63,115 nt of DNA, filler included, from Olpidium bornovanus S191 (GCA_017911155.1; 31 parts of 31 records of this genome joined end to end with filler, not necessarily neighbours in it); one strand, 5' to 3'; numbered from the whole stretch's first letter, positions 31,700 through 45,414 are shown. The notes: generated by a model from the letters alone, not told the origin. Program-made: numbers and translations.

Positions 31700-33647
31700 A
31701 TGGCAGCGGGACCGGGCGAACCGGCCGTCGACGCGAGAGGCGCCGGCCGCGCCGGCCCGGCTTCGGTCCTCGAGGGCGGGCGCTCCCCTCCCCAAACGGC
31801 ACCCGGCGGCGGCCCCCACCTCGGCCCGCATCAGCTGCACGACTGCGGCGGCGGCCCATCGAGCGACCCTGACGACCAGTCGGACGAGGAGGGCGGCGGC
31901 GGCGGTGCGCCGAGCGAGGCCGAGAAGGAGCGCCGCCATTTCGAGAGGGTCGTGCTTGCGTTCAAGAACTACGCCCAGGGAGCCCAGATCTCAAACATCC
32001 GGCGCAGGAGGGACCTGCAGTCGCTACCGGCTCGCCACCGGAATCTCGTTCCGCTGCAGGCCGTCGAGAAGCGGCTCGACGACGCGGACGAGGCCATTCG
32101 CCTTAACCAGACATTCCTCAGCCTCGTTGTCGAGGGTTCCGACGACGTGTTCGGGCTGGAGGTCAGTTGCCGTCCAGGACGCCACCAAAGTGGCGAACGC
32201 ACATCGCTTCCCTCCCCCCCCTCTTTTTGGCTGTCTTTTGCTTTCACGATGAATTTATTGCCAGCTGCGGAATGGCCAACCTGTTGTCCAGGGCCTTCGA
32301 ATTTAAAAAAGGAAACGCCTCGGTCGCCCTACCCTTCACAATCTGCAGGCGAAGTCGGCCAAGTCCGGTTCTTCGACTCGCAGGCGGTCCGGTCGCCTGC
32401 CAAAGGTGCGAGCAGCCGACTTCGACAAGGTTCGCAGCACTCTCAAACAATTTGTCCGGGATTGGTCCGACGTGGGAAAGCCGGAACGCCTGGCCGCGTA
32501 CGGACCCATACTACGTGAGTTGGAGGAATGGTTCAAAGACACCACGATGGAACAAAGGTAGTTCGTGGAAATTGCGGTTCTTGTTTCCGATGCCGAGGAA
32601 CAGAAAGGTCTGATGATGCGCTTTCTTTTTTGGTTGCCGATTTCACTTTTAGATTGATTTTGAGAGTCCTAGTTCCGGGAGCTGGACTCGGCAGATTGGC
32701 TTTCGACATCGCCAAGCTAGGTTAGATTTTTTTTCTTTTGCGTGCTCGTTGTTTAGCTCGCCTTGGTCCATACGCAAGATCTCGAAGACTGAAATCAACT
32801 CATCTTCATTCTAAATGTAGGATTTGCTGCTCAGGTGAACCAGCTGCCAAACAATTTGTCATTGACGTGATTAACTTTAGTGCGTTAGCGCAACGTCGCG
32901 TGACACTAACGCCCTCGGTAACACCTTCGTGTTGCTAGGGCAACGAGATTTCGTTTCACATGGTTGGTGATCGAGTAGAATTCTCCAGTGGTTTAATCGG
33001 GGCGCATCGTTCTCTTTTGCCTGACTGGCTTTCGCTTAGCTTCTGTCATCCTTTTTCATTTTGAACCGTCGAGCCGAGATAGGCGCCTACACCATTTGCC
33101 CCTGGGTTCACAGCCACTCGAACGTCTTGTCTGCACAGCAGCAGCTGCAACGCGTGTGCTTGCCGGACGTGGTCCTCGACTTGCCGGAGGGCAGCGACTT
33201 CTCGATGGTCGCGGGTGACTTCCTAGAGGTCTACGGAAAACCGGACATGCACGGTGGGTTGAAGGGCATCTTCCCGAAGCGTTGGCTTGACTTTTTTTGG
33301 CTTACCGGGCGGTCAACTTCTTCTCGACGATTACAGAGGCATGGGACGCGATAGTAACCTGCTTCTTCCTCGACACGGCGCGAAACGTTGCGCATTACTT
33401 GGAAATCATGTACAATGCCCTGAAGCCCGGGGGAGTTTGGATCAATCTTGGTATGAGATATCGCCGGGAGGAGCCGGTATTTAGGCTGTCGACACAAAAT
33501 TTAAAACTGTTCAACGCGCGTCACCACATTTTTGGGAACGAAGGTCCGCTTTTGTATCACTTCGAAGACATGCCGGGTGAATCCTCGATCGAGCTGACCC
33601 TCGAAGAGCTTCTCGAAGCCGTGCAGCTGATTGGGTTCCGGATCCTG
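31700..33647 (+). CDS. CARNMT1: Carnosine N-methyltransferase (N2227-family SAM methyltransferase; 3'-truncated)
   Basis: ERRHFERVVLAFKNY, DFDKVRSTLKQFVRDWS, RVLVPGAGLGRLAFDIAKLG, QGNEISFHM, FSMVAGDFLEVY, WDAIVTCFFLDTARNV...LKPGGVWINLGPLLYHF...SIELTLEE. Confidence 0.95.
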
Positions 33648-33813
33648 GTGCGTTTCGCGGATGCTTTACCAGCCCGCGTTTTTGCCCCCNNNNNNNNNNN
33701 NNNNNNNNNNNNNNNNNNNNNNNNNNNNNNNNNTTAATTAATTAANNNNNNNNNNNNNNNNNNNNNNNNNNNNNNNNNNNNNNNNNNNNCATGAATTTTG
33801 GTTGGCCGTCCAG

Positions 33814-34352
33814 TTGCGAGAGGTTATTACGTGGCCGGGCGAAGCGGATCTGCAGCTGGTAACCCAGACCAGAGCCGTGCATCGCGGTATATCCTTAAAG
33901 ATTATGTCAACGTATGGGCGGGTTCCTGGCAACTTCAACCTAACGGTATAAAAATATCAGCTAACCGCCACCTCGATGTCTTTGCACCTGATCAGGGAAA
34001 ATTGCTGTACGCGCATCCGCCGCCCGGAGGGGACGAGGCGGAATACAATGCGGAGCTGTATGATATTCAGCGTTGGGCCAGGCCACCACAGCTGAGAGAC
34101 GCCAAAGCGTTGCCGCCGCCTCCCCCCTCCGCAGCTCCCTCCACTACGGATAAGCTTGACTCGGGCTTTTTCCAGTCCGCTTCCCTCGGCGTCAGCACGA
34201 CCGGGAAGTTTGCGCGCGCCGGGGACTTTAGCCGGGTAAAGCTGTTTCCGCATCAGGGCGTCGCAATCGCCGCGGCGGAGGGCGGAAGGATGTCAAAAAG
34301 GCACAAGAAGCCCAAGAAGCACGTCAAACACCGCAGCGGCGAGGGGTACTAA
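33814..34352 (+). CDS. LSG1: Large-subunit GTPase 1, C-terminal exons
   Basis: ARGYY...GNPDQSRASRYILKDYVN / GKLLYAHPPP...YNAE...DSGFF...KRHKKPKK. Confidence 0.9.
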
Positions 34353-34912
34353 AGCGCCCTAGGAATGGGGGGCATTGAGAGGGACCGTTTTTTTCTTCCT
34401 TCTTTTTTTTTTTTTTTTTTTCTTCTTCACTCCTGGCGTCACAAAACCAAATGCACATTGAATATTGTACATTCCTGCATAATCATAATCACGTGTGCGC
34501 TCGTGCTTTGGCTCATCGAAGTCTGGCGGTTGTGTGGTTGCAACGATTAATCGCCATCAAAAACGGCCTTGGGCGCGCCAGTTGCAGGAAAATGCCTTAA
34601 GTTTTTCTCAACCATAGTGAGGGAGTAAGCCAACGGCGCGGCGGACCCGAGCCCGCGATGCGGCGGGCTTCGCGGACGGCCTGGGAATTATTACGCTGCG
34701 TTTACGGAGAGAGCAGGAGAGAGGGGGAGGGAGAGAGAAAAAAGCCGTCTGACGGCTGCGCACGCGAGGGGCAAAGCGCGCTGGTGCTGATAACGAGAGA
34801 TGTGCTTATCTATCCTACTACTATGGACTGTGCCTCTTTTTATCTGTTCTGCTGGGAAGCCGTGTGTGTGTGTGTGGGGAGGGGGGGGGTGGTAGGGTTT
34901 CGGCCTCAAAAC

Positions 34913-34945
<33 letters not shown>

Positions 34946-35680
34946 AAAAAGGGGGGGGGGGGGAAGGGGGGGAGGGGCCCCNNNNNNNNNNNNNNNNNNN
35001 NNNNNNNNNNNNNNNNNNNNNNNNNTTAATTAATTAANNNNNNNNNNNNNNNNNNNNNNNNNNNNNNNNNNNNNNNNNNNNAAGCAAAAGAAAACTAGGC
35101 GCCGCCCGGTTGTCTAGAAGTCAGGGGGGGATTATTTTGGTTGTGGCTCGATGTCGTGGGAAAAATGACCGGGATCCAGAAGAACGCCTTCGCCGGCGGC
35201 GGTTGCAGCGGTGATCATTCCTGACCGGTACACATGGAACGAATGCAGAGGGATATCGACAGCATGCATGTACCGTTGAACATCTTCGGCGGTTGCTGCG
35301 CGTGTGCGGACGCTTCTTAAGCAGCAAAAACTGAAAACAAGAGCCACACCCGTCCGCCCAATCAGCACCGGTTCAGCCATTCTAATCCCGCGCCGTGCAA
35401 TTCGTGTCGCGTCGAATTTGTGGTGTGATGCACGGTCCTTGTAAACGTTTCGCCTTATCGCGCGCACCGCCGTAAAGCATCATGAAACGGTGGCATTCGT
35501 TCGTGGGCACCATTGAACGCGGCGGACATTTTTTTTCGCGGCCGACCTATTTTTTCGCGGCCGACCTTTTTTTCGAGATGCGTCGCGAAATAAAATACTT
35601 CAACAAACTCGTCTTCTGTCCAGTCTGCAGAAAAGGCTGGTGAAATCATGGCGAAAGGCCGCAGACGCGAAGAGGCAACG

Positions 35681-36660
35681 TCACCGGTACTTCCGCATCA
35701 GCCTCCTCTCCTCCGCCCTGGTCAACGCCGTTGCTTGGAGGATCTTTTCGGCCACGCGGGCGCCGGCGTCGACCTTCTCGCCGCCGTACTTGCTGGTAAC
35801 TTCCCGCTCCCAGTAAGCCTCTTCCTCCCTCGCGGCGTCTGTCCACTTGTTGCGTATTCCGCCCCGCGTCCGCCAGTAGGCCTTCCCATAAGACACCGTC
35901 AGTTCCTCACCGCTCCGGACGGGACGCGTGGTGAACACGCCGATACGTAGCGACGGCGGGTCAGTCCCTCGTACGGACAAGTAATTGAGAAAGTGGCAGT
36001 TGGGTGCGTCGGAGATGCCGCGAAAGTCGTTGATGAACCTGCAGAAGCAAAGGCCCCAAGGCAATCGATTCAGAGAATTTGCTGGGGGGTAGGGGAAGAA
36101 GCACGCACGGGGGGTCAAGGATTACAGACGCGAAGCGGCGAGCACCATTGCGTACCTCGCCTCGTTACCGCCCTCGGCCGCGTCGATGTCGAGGTCGTCG
36201 GTGAAGCGGAGGACGTAGTCGCTTTCGCGATGCTTTCGCATTTCACCTTCGTGCCGCCGCGCCACCTCGCCGTCGGCGGCGTCGGCGTCGTCAACTGATC
36301 GCGCGTCTTGTCGCCCGGCTGCCGCTTCGCGGTACACGACTCCGCGGTAGTCCACCAGCAGGGAGTTGGCGGGCACGTCGGCGGCTGCGAACAGGCCGGA
36401 CCCTTGGGCAGCGTAGCAGGGGTGGGCGGGGTCGGCAATCCTCCGGACGCGGACGAGGTCGCACACGGCCGGCGGCGCAGTTCGGCGGGGCGGCTCCGGA
36501 GCGCCCGGGAAAAAGGTGGCGTCGAAGCGGCACGCCGCGCCGAGGACGTCCGGCGGCACGGTCGGCGACCATTCGCAGTCTGCAAGGAAGCGCACCCCGG
36601 ACGGCCAGTTTTCAGGCGATCGCGGCGGCGGCGGCGGCGGCGGCGGCGACCGGCGCCGCT
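35681..36660 (-). CDS. Stand-alone SET-domain protein (start codon not resolved)
   Basis: PENWPSGVRFL...VRVRRIADPAHPCY..GSGLFAAADVP...LVDYRGVV...SDYVL...IDAAEGGNEAR / FINDFRGISDAPNC.F...RIGVFTTRPVRSGEELTVSYGKAYW; intron at 36155-36039. Confidence 0.88.
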
Positions 36661-36884
36661 CGGCACGCCGGCCGGCCCTTCGGGTTCTGGGGTTCGTTGG
36701 CTGCGGTATTTTTCTGTTGTTTGTCGGCCTCGGAGAGGGTCCGGACAGGCCCCGCTCGGGCGTGTTTTTTCCCCTTTTTGCCCGCCGGGGAAAACCGCCG
36801 CGCGCCCGCTCCGCCCGCCCGCTTCCGCCCCGACCAGCCGCGCCTTCCCTTCTTTCCCGGCCGCAGAAGCCGCGCGACTCGGAC

Positions 36885-38323
36885 ATGGCCGACGTGTATC
36901 CGGGAGAGCCGCAGCAGGAGCAGCAGCAGTACGCTCCGGACCAGCTGATAGAGGAGGACGAAGGTACGGGAAGCTTGAACGTTGGCGGGGAAGCACGCGC
37001 CTCCACCGCGGCGAAGGGGACGCTCGAGAGCGGGAAAGGGTTTGCGGAGCCGAACTCGGGCGCCCTTTCAGGCGCACAGTCAAGGAGAGGAAGGCGGACG
37101 TGGTGATAGAGAAAAAAAAAAAGGCGGAGTGGGCGCTCGCGGAGACTACGGCCGGGTGAGAGGGGGGAACGTAAGGTGCATCAGCATGCACGAGCCGGCG
37201 GAGACATCCCGAGAGGACTCTATTAGAATGAGGTTCACCTTCTCCGCCGGAGGAGCTTGCGATGTGAAGAGGTGTTTTCACGCGCTTGGCTACCGGGTTC
37301 TGGCTTGCCGAGCCACCTTATCATTTTGGAAACCATAACCCTTGTTCGGTGGCGTCCCTCATGAAGCGACCCGGTGGAACGGTCGGGGCCCGGGAGAGCT
37401 GAAACGTACCCCCGAGCCTGGCAGGGCCGCAGAGACGGTTCTTCACAAACAGAAGTTTTGGGCTGAAGGACTCGCCGTGCATTCTTCTCGTAGTTCGCTG
37501 CTGACAAAGCGCTCGTTGCGCCCCCGTTTCCCAACGAACCGGCAGAATACATCCTCTTGCAGCAGCAACAGCAGCTTCTCCAGCAGTACGCTGTTGCCGC
37601 GGCCGAGTTGCCTGACGTCGTCCGGAACTTCATACAGTTCTTCCACCGCAATGTGCTCGAGAACTCGGTATCCGAGTTGCACAACGTCTACGAGGTCACC
37701 TTCAACAAAATAACGGAGATGTTTTACCAGAGGGCGCCGTGGCCTGAGCCAGAGGTCATCGCAGTGTTGGTCGACCACGGTACGAACGGCCGCAACAAGA
37801 ATTGCACGCTGTCACGGCCGCGTGCAAAGCGTGAACTGACGTGACCTGTTTGTTCGTGCACGCGGCAGACCACGTCTTCCTGACGCTGTACCGTGAACTC
37901 TACTACCGCCACATCTATTCAAAACTGCAACCAACGCTGGAGCACCGCCTGCGATCCTATGAGAATTACTGCGATTTATTCAACTATATCCTGAGTGAGC
38001 AGAGAAAGCGCGCGCCGTCTTACAGCTGAACACATCCACGGACGATAACTAATTGGCTTCATAACGCCAGACTCCGACGGTCCTGTTCCCCTCGAGTTGC
38101 CAAACCAGTGGCTTTGGGACATTATCGACGAGTTCATTTACCAGTTTCAATCATACTGCCAGTATCGAAGCCGCGTGAAGAACAAAACCGAAGACGAGAT
38201 CGCTCTCCTGCGCGACAACCAAATCTGGAGTGCGTACTCTGTCCTCAACGTCCTGTATTCCCTTATTGCCAAGAGCAGAATCACGGAGCAGCTCACTGCG
38301 GCGAAGCAGGATGGGGACCTGGT
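36885..38323 (+). CDS. EIF3L: Translation initiation factor eIF3 subunit L (3'-truncated)
   Basis: [12 protein letters not shown]...[72 protein letters not shown]...[18 protein letters not shown]. Confidence 0.96.
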
Positions 38324-38990
38324 GTAAGAACCATGNNNNNNNNNNNNNNNNNNNNNNNNNNNNNNNNNNNNNNNNNNNNTTAATTAATTAANNNNNNNNN
38401 NNNNNNNNNNNNNNNNNNNNNNNNNNNNNNNNNNNGCGGGTCGTGTGTTTGCCAGCAATTTTTTTTTGCGACATTTGAGATGGCGTTCTCTCGCTTACGC
38501 GCGGCATCTGTATGAGGAGAGGAGTGGAAAGAAGACATTGTCATGGTAGCGCGGCTCGGTGTCGGCCGGCCGCGCTTCGGAGTCCGCCCTCTTCCTCCTT
38601 CCGGAAAACAAAAATTGGGTGGGGGTCGGTTCCCCGCCCGAGGAAGCCTGCCCGTGTGCTCTGGAACCGGAATTGGACGCGTAGCCTCCCTGTTGGGCTT
38701 ATGCCAGGTTGGGGGTCTGCCGCGCTCTGAACGAAAAGTCCCTCCTCTCTCCTCACAGCAGGCGGGCGTCTCTCTTTTCTTTTTTTCGCCCACTCGCGGA
38801 CTTTCTGGAAAAGCCCCGCGGTTGCTGATCGTGCCCGGGGGGTGGTTCAGGCCGCTTCTTCCCGCCCCTCCTCCGTCACCTCCGCTCGCACGGTTTCCGG
38901 CGACGGGCCGTCGTTCGCTCGCAGCCGGCGTCAACGGCCCGAAGGAGCCCGCCCGCGAAAGCCGAAGAAACTTCGCGTCCGCCGGAAGCG

Positions 38991-39668
38991 ATGACTTCCG
39001 AATCACAGAAATCCGCAGCAGACGCCGCGCGCCCGGGGCAGGGGCCGGACCCGAACTCCGCGGCGGACGCGCCGATCGACCCCGGAAGCGACGTGGACAA
39101 CTACAGTGTCCACTCCTCGCACGTCGAACAGGTAACGTTTTCGCTCGCAAACCTGAATTTTTTTTTTCTTCGTTCAGGGCGTGTCCAACAGCCGTCCGTC
39201 TTGGCCCGCCCCGTCCCCCCGTCCGCTCACCTCGTCCCGCCGCCGCCGCCGGCCCTGCGAGTTTATCAGGTCTACGATATCCCGATGGCTGCAATTCAAA
39301 GGCCTATCCCTAGCGTGTTGGACAACGAGAAAGTGGACAGCTTTGTGAAGGTCCTTCAGGACCCGGAAAAGAGGGCGAAATTTACTCCTATCGACGTCGC
39401 GTGGGTGGAGCACGAGGGCAAGGATTATTACTACGCGTTCGGCGGTTGTCACCGGTGCGTTTTCTCGACCGGCGGGCCCCTCGCCCTCTCCTTGTGCATC
39501 CGGCCACCGTTTCGGGGGCTGTTGGGTAATTTGAATTTGGATGAATTTTCCCCGCAGGTGGGCGGCGCACGAAAAAGTTGGCTGCGAGACCATACGGGGC
39601 AAGCTCGTGAAGGTGTCGCCGCAGACGATCAACACCTACCTCGGAGCTTCCAGCCCGTTTTTCGGTAA
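38991..39668 (+). CDS. SRX1: Sulfiredoxin (3 exons, apparently complete)
   Basis: YSVHSSHVEQ / VYDIPMAAIQRPIPSVLDNEKVDSF...PIDVAWV...YYYAFGGCHR / WAAHEK...KLVKVSPQTINTYLGAS; contains the FGGCHR active site. Confidence 0.96.
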   Translation: MTSESQKSAADAARPGQGPDPNSAADAPIDPGSDVDNYSVHSSHVEQVTFSLANLNFFFLRSGRVQQPSVLARPVPPSAHLVPPPPPALRVYQVYDIPMAAIQRPIPSVLDNEKVDSFVKVLQDPEKRAKFTPIDVAWVEHEGKDYYYAFGGCHRCVFSTGGPLALSLCIRPPFRGLLGNLNLDEFSPQVGGARKSWLRDHTGQAREGVAADDQHLPRSFQPVFR

Positions 39669-40699
39669 AACTTAGCTCCTGCTTGCGGAGCGGCGACCGG
39701 CGTTTGGCAGCCGCCTCGCCCGTCGTTGTCTACGGGGAAAAAGGCGTTTGCAGCTCGGCCAGCGGTGGCTTTTGTGCATAGAATCCGCGAAATGATTTTG
39801 TTACGGACTTGCGATTTCTCTAACGGCAAATGGGGAGCACCAGTGTGCTTGGCGGCATCTGCACGCTACGGAAATTTACGCTCCCCCGTCGCGATCGCTT
39901 TTTGCTTTCGACATGTAAAGGGCCCTTTGCGGGCTCGAGCCAGGTAAAATAGCGGAGTGTCCTTTGCCGGGTCGCCGCCGGGCGAAGCTGTAAGGCGTTC
40001 GGTGCAGGGAAGGTCTGCAACCGAGGATCCGTCAGGTGATTGAAATTTCGGTCGGCGTCTTTTACGCGGACGCCGCGGGCACGGATCCCGCATCACAAAA
40101 CGGCACGCGTAAGGGCCCTCCGCAATTCGAGGGTTTGACGGCGACCGAAAAGTCTTCGTCCAACGTTCCGACGCCGGGGCGCGGGATGGCAGATCCCGGA
40201 TTTGGCGTGATTCCCTGCCATTCGGGACGGACAGAGTCGCCCGGGGTTGCGTCTGCGCAGCAAAACGGTGCGCCACGAGAATTGGCGAAGGCGGACGCCT
40301 GGGGCGCCATCTCAGAAGGAACGCGGAGCTCACCGGGGCGTCAAGCAGAGCGTTTCTGCATGTGCGCGCGTGCAACTTCCCCCCCACCCGCCGCCACCTC
40401 CCCCCCTTCCCCCCGTTCGTTATCGCGCCATGCAAAGAAATAGTAGGCGCAATCCAAATAACAGAAAAAAAAAGCAATCGCCGTGTCATATGTGTTCTTG
40501 CGCGCGAGCTGGCAAAAGCGGTCGCACGGATTCTGAAGTGCAGACAACCNNNNNNNNNNNNNNNNNNNNNNNNNNNNNNNNNNNNNNNNNNNNTTAATTA
40601 ATTAANNNNNNNNNNNNNNNNNNNNNNNNNNNNNNNNNNNNNNNNNNNNCATGCTGCGGGAAATTAATTCCCGTCACACCGCGCAAAACATCATACAGC

Positions 40700-43600
40700 G
40701 ATGGAGGTCAACGTTCCCGTCGTTCCGGGTACTCCGGGGCCCGTCTCAACGCTCGAGGAAGGGCTCGACTTTATCACGGAGAATGGCTTCCCTGTGATTA
40801 TCAAGGCGGCTAAGGGCGGCGGTGGCCGCGGAATGCGCGTCGTGCGGAGAATGGAAAGCTTTGCTGACAGTTTCCGCGCAGCACAGTCGGAGGCTCTTGC
40901 AGCCTTTGGGGACAGCACCGTCTTTCTTGAACGATTCCTAGACCGACCCAAGCATATAGAGGTCCAGCTGTTGGGCGACTCACAGGGAAACGTCGTGCAC
41001 TTCTGGGAACGTGATTGTTCGGTCCAGCGGAGGCACCAGAAAGTCGTTGAAATCGCGCCGGCGGTCACGTTGGACGTGAGTGTGAGATGTTGTTTTGTGC
41101 CGTGCCACGACCGTAGGACATAAAGGCCGCAGGTCATTTCAGGGATATTGATGTCTGCTCGATTTTCCTTGTTGTTTGAGAAAATCGCAGCCCCAGGTAA
41201 GAATGGCCATCCTCGAGGACGCACTCAAAATCGCACGGCAAGTTAAGTTCCGGAATGCAGGCACGGCAGAGTTCCTGGTAGATAACCAGAACCGGCATTA
41301 TTTCATTGAGATTAATCCCCGCATCCAGTGCGTTATTTTGCGCGGAAATAATCACGTTTTGTGCGGTGGCGTCGTGATTACGGACATACGAGTGTCTAAC
41401 CACCGGCCTTTTTATAGAGTGGAACACACGATCACTGGTACGCATCACTTTCCACTCCGACTCGCCTGTCCCACTTGTTCTTACACGACTAACCGACACG
41501 CCGTCTATAGAGGAGGTGACAGGCATTGACCTGGTGGCAGCGCAAATCGAGATTGCTGCGGGCAAGTCCCTAAGTTCCCTCGGCCTCGACCAGCACAAAA
41601 TTATCCGGCGAGGCTATGCGATCCAGTGCCGGGTGACTACTGAGGACCCCGCTGCGAACTTTTCCCCGGATTCGGGCCGCATCGACGTATACCGCTCCGC
41701 GGGCGGCAACGGCATCCGTCTCGACGGCGGGCCGGGCTATACTGGTGCGGTTATCACACCATTTTACGATTCGCTGCTTGTCAAGGTCACTGCCCATGGC
41801 CACACATTCGATATGGCCCGCCGGAAAATTTTACGAGCCCTCGTCGAGTTCAGGATCAGGGGCGTTAAGACGAACATCCCTTTTCTGGAGAGGCTAATGG
41901 TTGACCCAACCTTCGCCAAGGGTGAATGCTGGACGACATTTCTCGATGATACCCCTGACCTCTTCAGGCTCGTCGCCAGCAAAAACAGAGCGCAGAAGCT
42001 GCTGCAGTATTTGGCTGAGATGGTTGTCAACGGCAGCAGCGTCAAAGGCCAGCAGGTTGCGGACACGTCTGATTACATTTCGTACAACCGTCGTTTTGTC
42101 TTGGCCGAATTTCGCAATTCTCGAGTCAACCAAATATTATCTCTTATTTCGCACAGGGTCCACCAGGCCTCACAGTCCCGCTCAGCATACCAAAGCTGTT
42201 CGGCGCAGATGTTTCCCAGGGGCTACCGGCCGACAATGGTTGGCGCGGCATCCTGCTGCTCCAGGGGCCCGAGGCCTTCGCGCGAGCCGTCCGCCAACAA
42301 AGGGGTACTCTCGTTACGGACACCACCTGGCGCGACGCACACCAGAGTCTGCTGGCCACACGGATCAGGACATATGGTGGGGCGAGAATCGTTTGATTCT
42401 TATGATTAGGTTTGCAACGGTTAATCAGAACAATACTGAGTTCTTAGTTGGGGCTTTTCCGCAGATATTGCGGCTATCGCACCCACGACGTCTCATGCTT
42501 TTGCGCAGGCCTTTTCGCTCGAGATGTGGGGAGGCGCCACATTTGATGTCGCTCTGCGGTTTCTGCATGAAGACCCTTGGGAAAGACTGGTAACGTTTGG
42601 TTCTTTGTGTGGACCCTTCCAATTCACCCTGGCTACGGGAACGACTAGCCCAGTGGCTCATCGCGTTTTTGAATTCCGCCCGGTGCAGGACAAGCTTCGT
42701 GCCCTTGTCCCTAACATACCCTTCCAGATGCTCCTCCGAGGCGCTAACGCTGTGGGATACGCCTCCTACCCCGATAATGTCATTTACGACTTCTGCGCCA
42801 AGGCCCGCCGCCACGGAATTGATGTGTTCCGTGTATTTGACTCGCTAAACTACGTGGAGAACATGCGACTGGGCATTGACGCCGCGAAGCGTGCGGGCGG
42901 AGTGGTTGAGGCTGCCGTGTGCTACTCCGGAGACGTCGCCGACAAGAGCCGGAAGAAGTACGACCTGCGTTACTACCTGGATCTCATCGCGGAGCTTGTC
43001 AAAGAGGGGATCCATATCTTAGGGATCAAGGATATGGCTGGATTGTTGAAGCCGAAGGCAGCCAAAATGCTCGTCGCCGCCATCAGGGAGCGGTGGCCGG
43101 ACCTTCCGATTCATGTCCACACGCACGATACGGCAGGAACGGGAGTCGCAAGCATGATTGCCGCTGCGGAGGCGGGAGCAGACGTGGTGGACGTTGCTGT
43201 TGATAGTGAGTACTGGTGTCTGAATCTACCCGTCGTATATTGCTTGTGAGTCGTTTCCGGTTTTCTGTAGATGACCTGACGCATTATCACTGTTTAAAGG
43301 CATGTCTGGCCTCACGTCGCAGCCTTGCATGGGTGCCGTTTGTGCTGCCCTCGAGCAGGCAGGTCTGCCCACTGGCATCTCTCTTGAAGCGGTTTCGGCG
43401 ATAAATGAGTATTGGGAACAGGTCCGGCTCATGTACAGCTGCTTTGATGCTGGCCTGAAGAGCGGCGACACCAGCGTCTACGAGCATGAGATGCCTGGTG
43501 AGCGTCCTATCTAATTCGGAATTCCTCCGCCGTCGTAATACGGCTGCCGCCGAATCTCGCTTCGTGACCCGCTGATAAGGTCTGTCGTCTCTACTATTAC

Positions 43601-44294
43601 CAGGCGGCCAGTATACGAACCTCCAGTTCCAGGCACATTCGCTGGGACTTGGATCCCAATGGCATGGTATGCAAGGGATAGCCACCTACAAACGTCGATT
43701 ATGTCGGATGTTCTTCCCTCGTACCCACATGAACTCACAATCCTGCAGAGGTTAAGAAGGCGTACACAGAAGCGAACCGGTTGTGCGGCGACATCATTAA
43801 GGTGACGCCTACGTCCAAGGTGATTGGCGACCTCGCACAGTTCATGGTGTCAAACAAGCTTTCAGCGGAGGACGTCCGCCGGCAGGCTAGCTCCCTCTCG
43901 TTCCCGAAGTCGGTCGTCGAATTTTTCAGGGGCTACTTGGGTCAACCTTACGGAGGCTTCCCCGAACCCCTGCGCTCCCACGTGAGTCTCAAAAACGCGT
44001 CAATATCTCCCGTCGGCGGTTAGTGTGCGACGTCACCGTACGCCATTGAACTCAACATGTGCCGACGCTCCAACCGGAAAACGATAGATCATCAAAAACC
44101 ATTCCCGCGTGGACGGCCGGCCCGGCGCCACGATGCCGCCCGTGGACCTGGAAGCGCTCCAGGCCGAACTGGAGGACCAGTGGGGAAAGAAAGAGATCCG
44201 GGACGTGGACGTCTCGTCGGCGGCGCTCTATCCCGAGGTGTTTGATGAGTACATGGAGAAAATTGAGACGTACGGCCCGCTCGCCGCGCTCCCG
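40700..44294 (+). CDS. PYC: Pyruvate carboxylase, biotin carboxylase to carboxyltransferase region (both ends truncated, many introns)
   Basis: [47 protein letters not shown]...[107 protein letters not shown]. Confidence 0.98.
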
Positions 44295-44394
44295 NNNNNN
44301 NNNNNNNNNNNNNNNNNNNNNNNNNNNNNNNNNNNNNNTTAATTAATTAANNNNNNNNNNNNNNNNNNNNNNNNNNNNNNNNNNNNNNNNNNNN

Positions 44395-45414
44395 CATGGC
44401 CCTGGTGCGCCGCGGCCGCCCTTTCCCGATGTCATTGGAAGGCGTTTTGGACGGCTCGACCTCGTGGCTGGAAAATGATCTCCTGCGTTTGTTGTTGACA
44501 CCCTGCGGAGGCCGAACGAGTACGACAGGCTTTTGATCGGAGACCGACGTCACAAACATCCCAAGTCCGTAATCTTCAACGGAGTGTCGAATAAGTCCGC
44601 TGCCCAGGGAAGGATTAGAGGTGTTGGAAGACGGCTCAAGCGATGTGAAGAACTCCCCGCTCCGCAGCTCTGTTAGTGAAGTTTTGGCCAGCACGCCCGA
44701 CAATGACGTGGACGATCCATACTGGCGTTTCGGCTCGAGTGGTGCCATCGATAGGGAATCGCCGAGACCGTCGCCGTTTATCGAGCTCTCGGCACTGGAT
44801 ATATCCCTAGGAGCAGAATACGTGCTGGCGGACGAGGTCGTCGAGATCGTCGTTCCGGAATTGCGTTTCGCCTGGACCTCGGGTTTTGAGAACGACGAAA
44901 TGGAACTTTCGGAGTTCGCGCTCGCCTCTCCGTTGAAAGGCAAATTACCGGGGAGCACCGGCGTGCTGCTGACGCCCGGCATCCTCGTCCGCCGGTGGGC
45001 GATCTTCTCGTCCGTAAGTTTCGGTTGAACCGCGATCGGGACCCGGCCCGCCGGCACGGAGTTCAAATCCTCCGCGTCGTCCAGAGCCTTGGAGGCAACG
45101 ATCAACTGCCCGCTTGCGCTGCGCTTGAGCTGCTCCGGGTTGCTCGTGACGCCCCTCCCGTCGGTCGTGCGCGACCGCCTCCTGCGACCAACGCTCTTCG
45201 CGAGATCGTTCGGCACCACCAGCTTCGCATAGCCGGTCGGACTTTGGGCGGAGCATGTCGGATCTTCCCGTTCTGATGCCCGAAGCACCTTCGGGAGAGC
45301 GGCGGCTTCGGCGGGATGATCCAAGTCGGCCCCCGGGCTCTTTTTCTTCGGGCTCCTGAACTGGGAGAGCAGGCTGAAAAAAGCCCAGCTCCGAGAGTCG
45401 GACGCGAGCGCCAT
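44395..45414 (-). CDS. Hypothetical Ser-rich protein (3'-truncated)
   Basis: Single open frame of about 340 codons running off the contig; low complexity, family not recognised. Confidence 0.55.
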
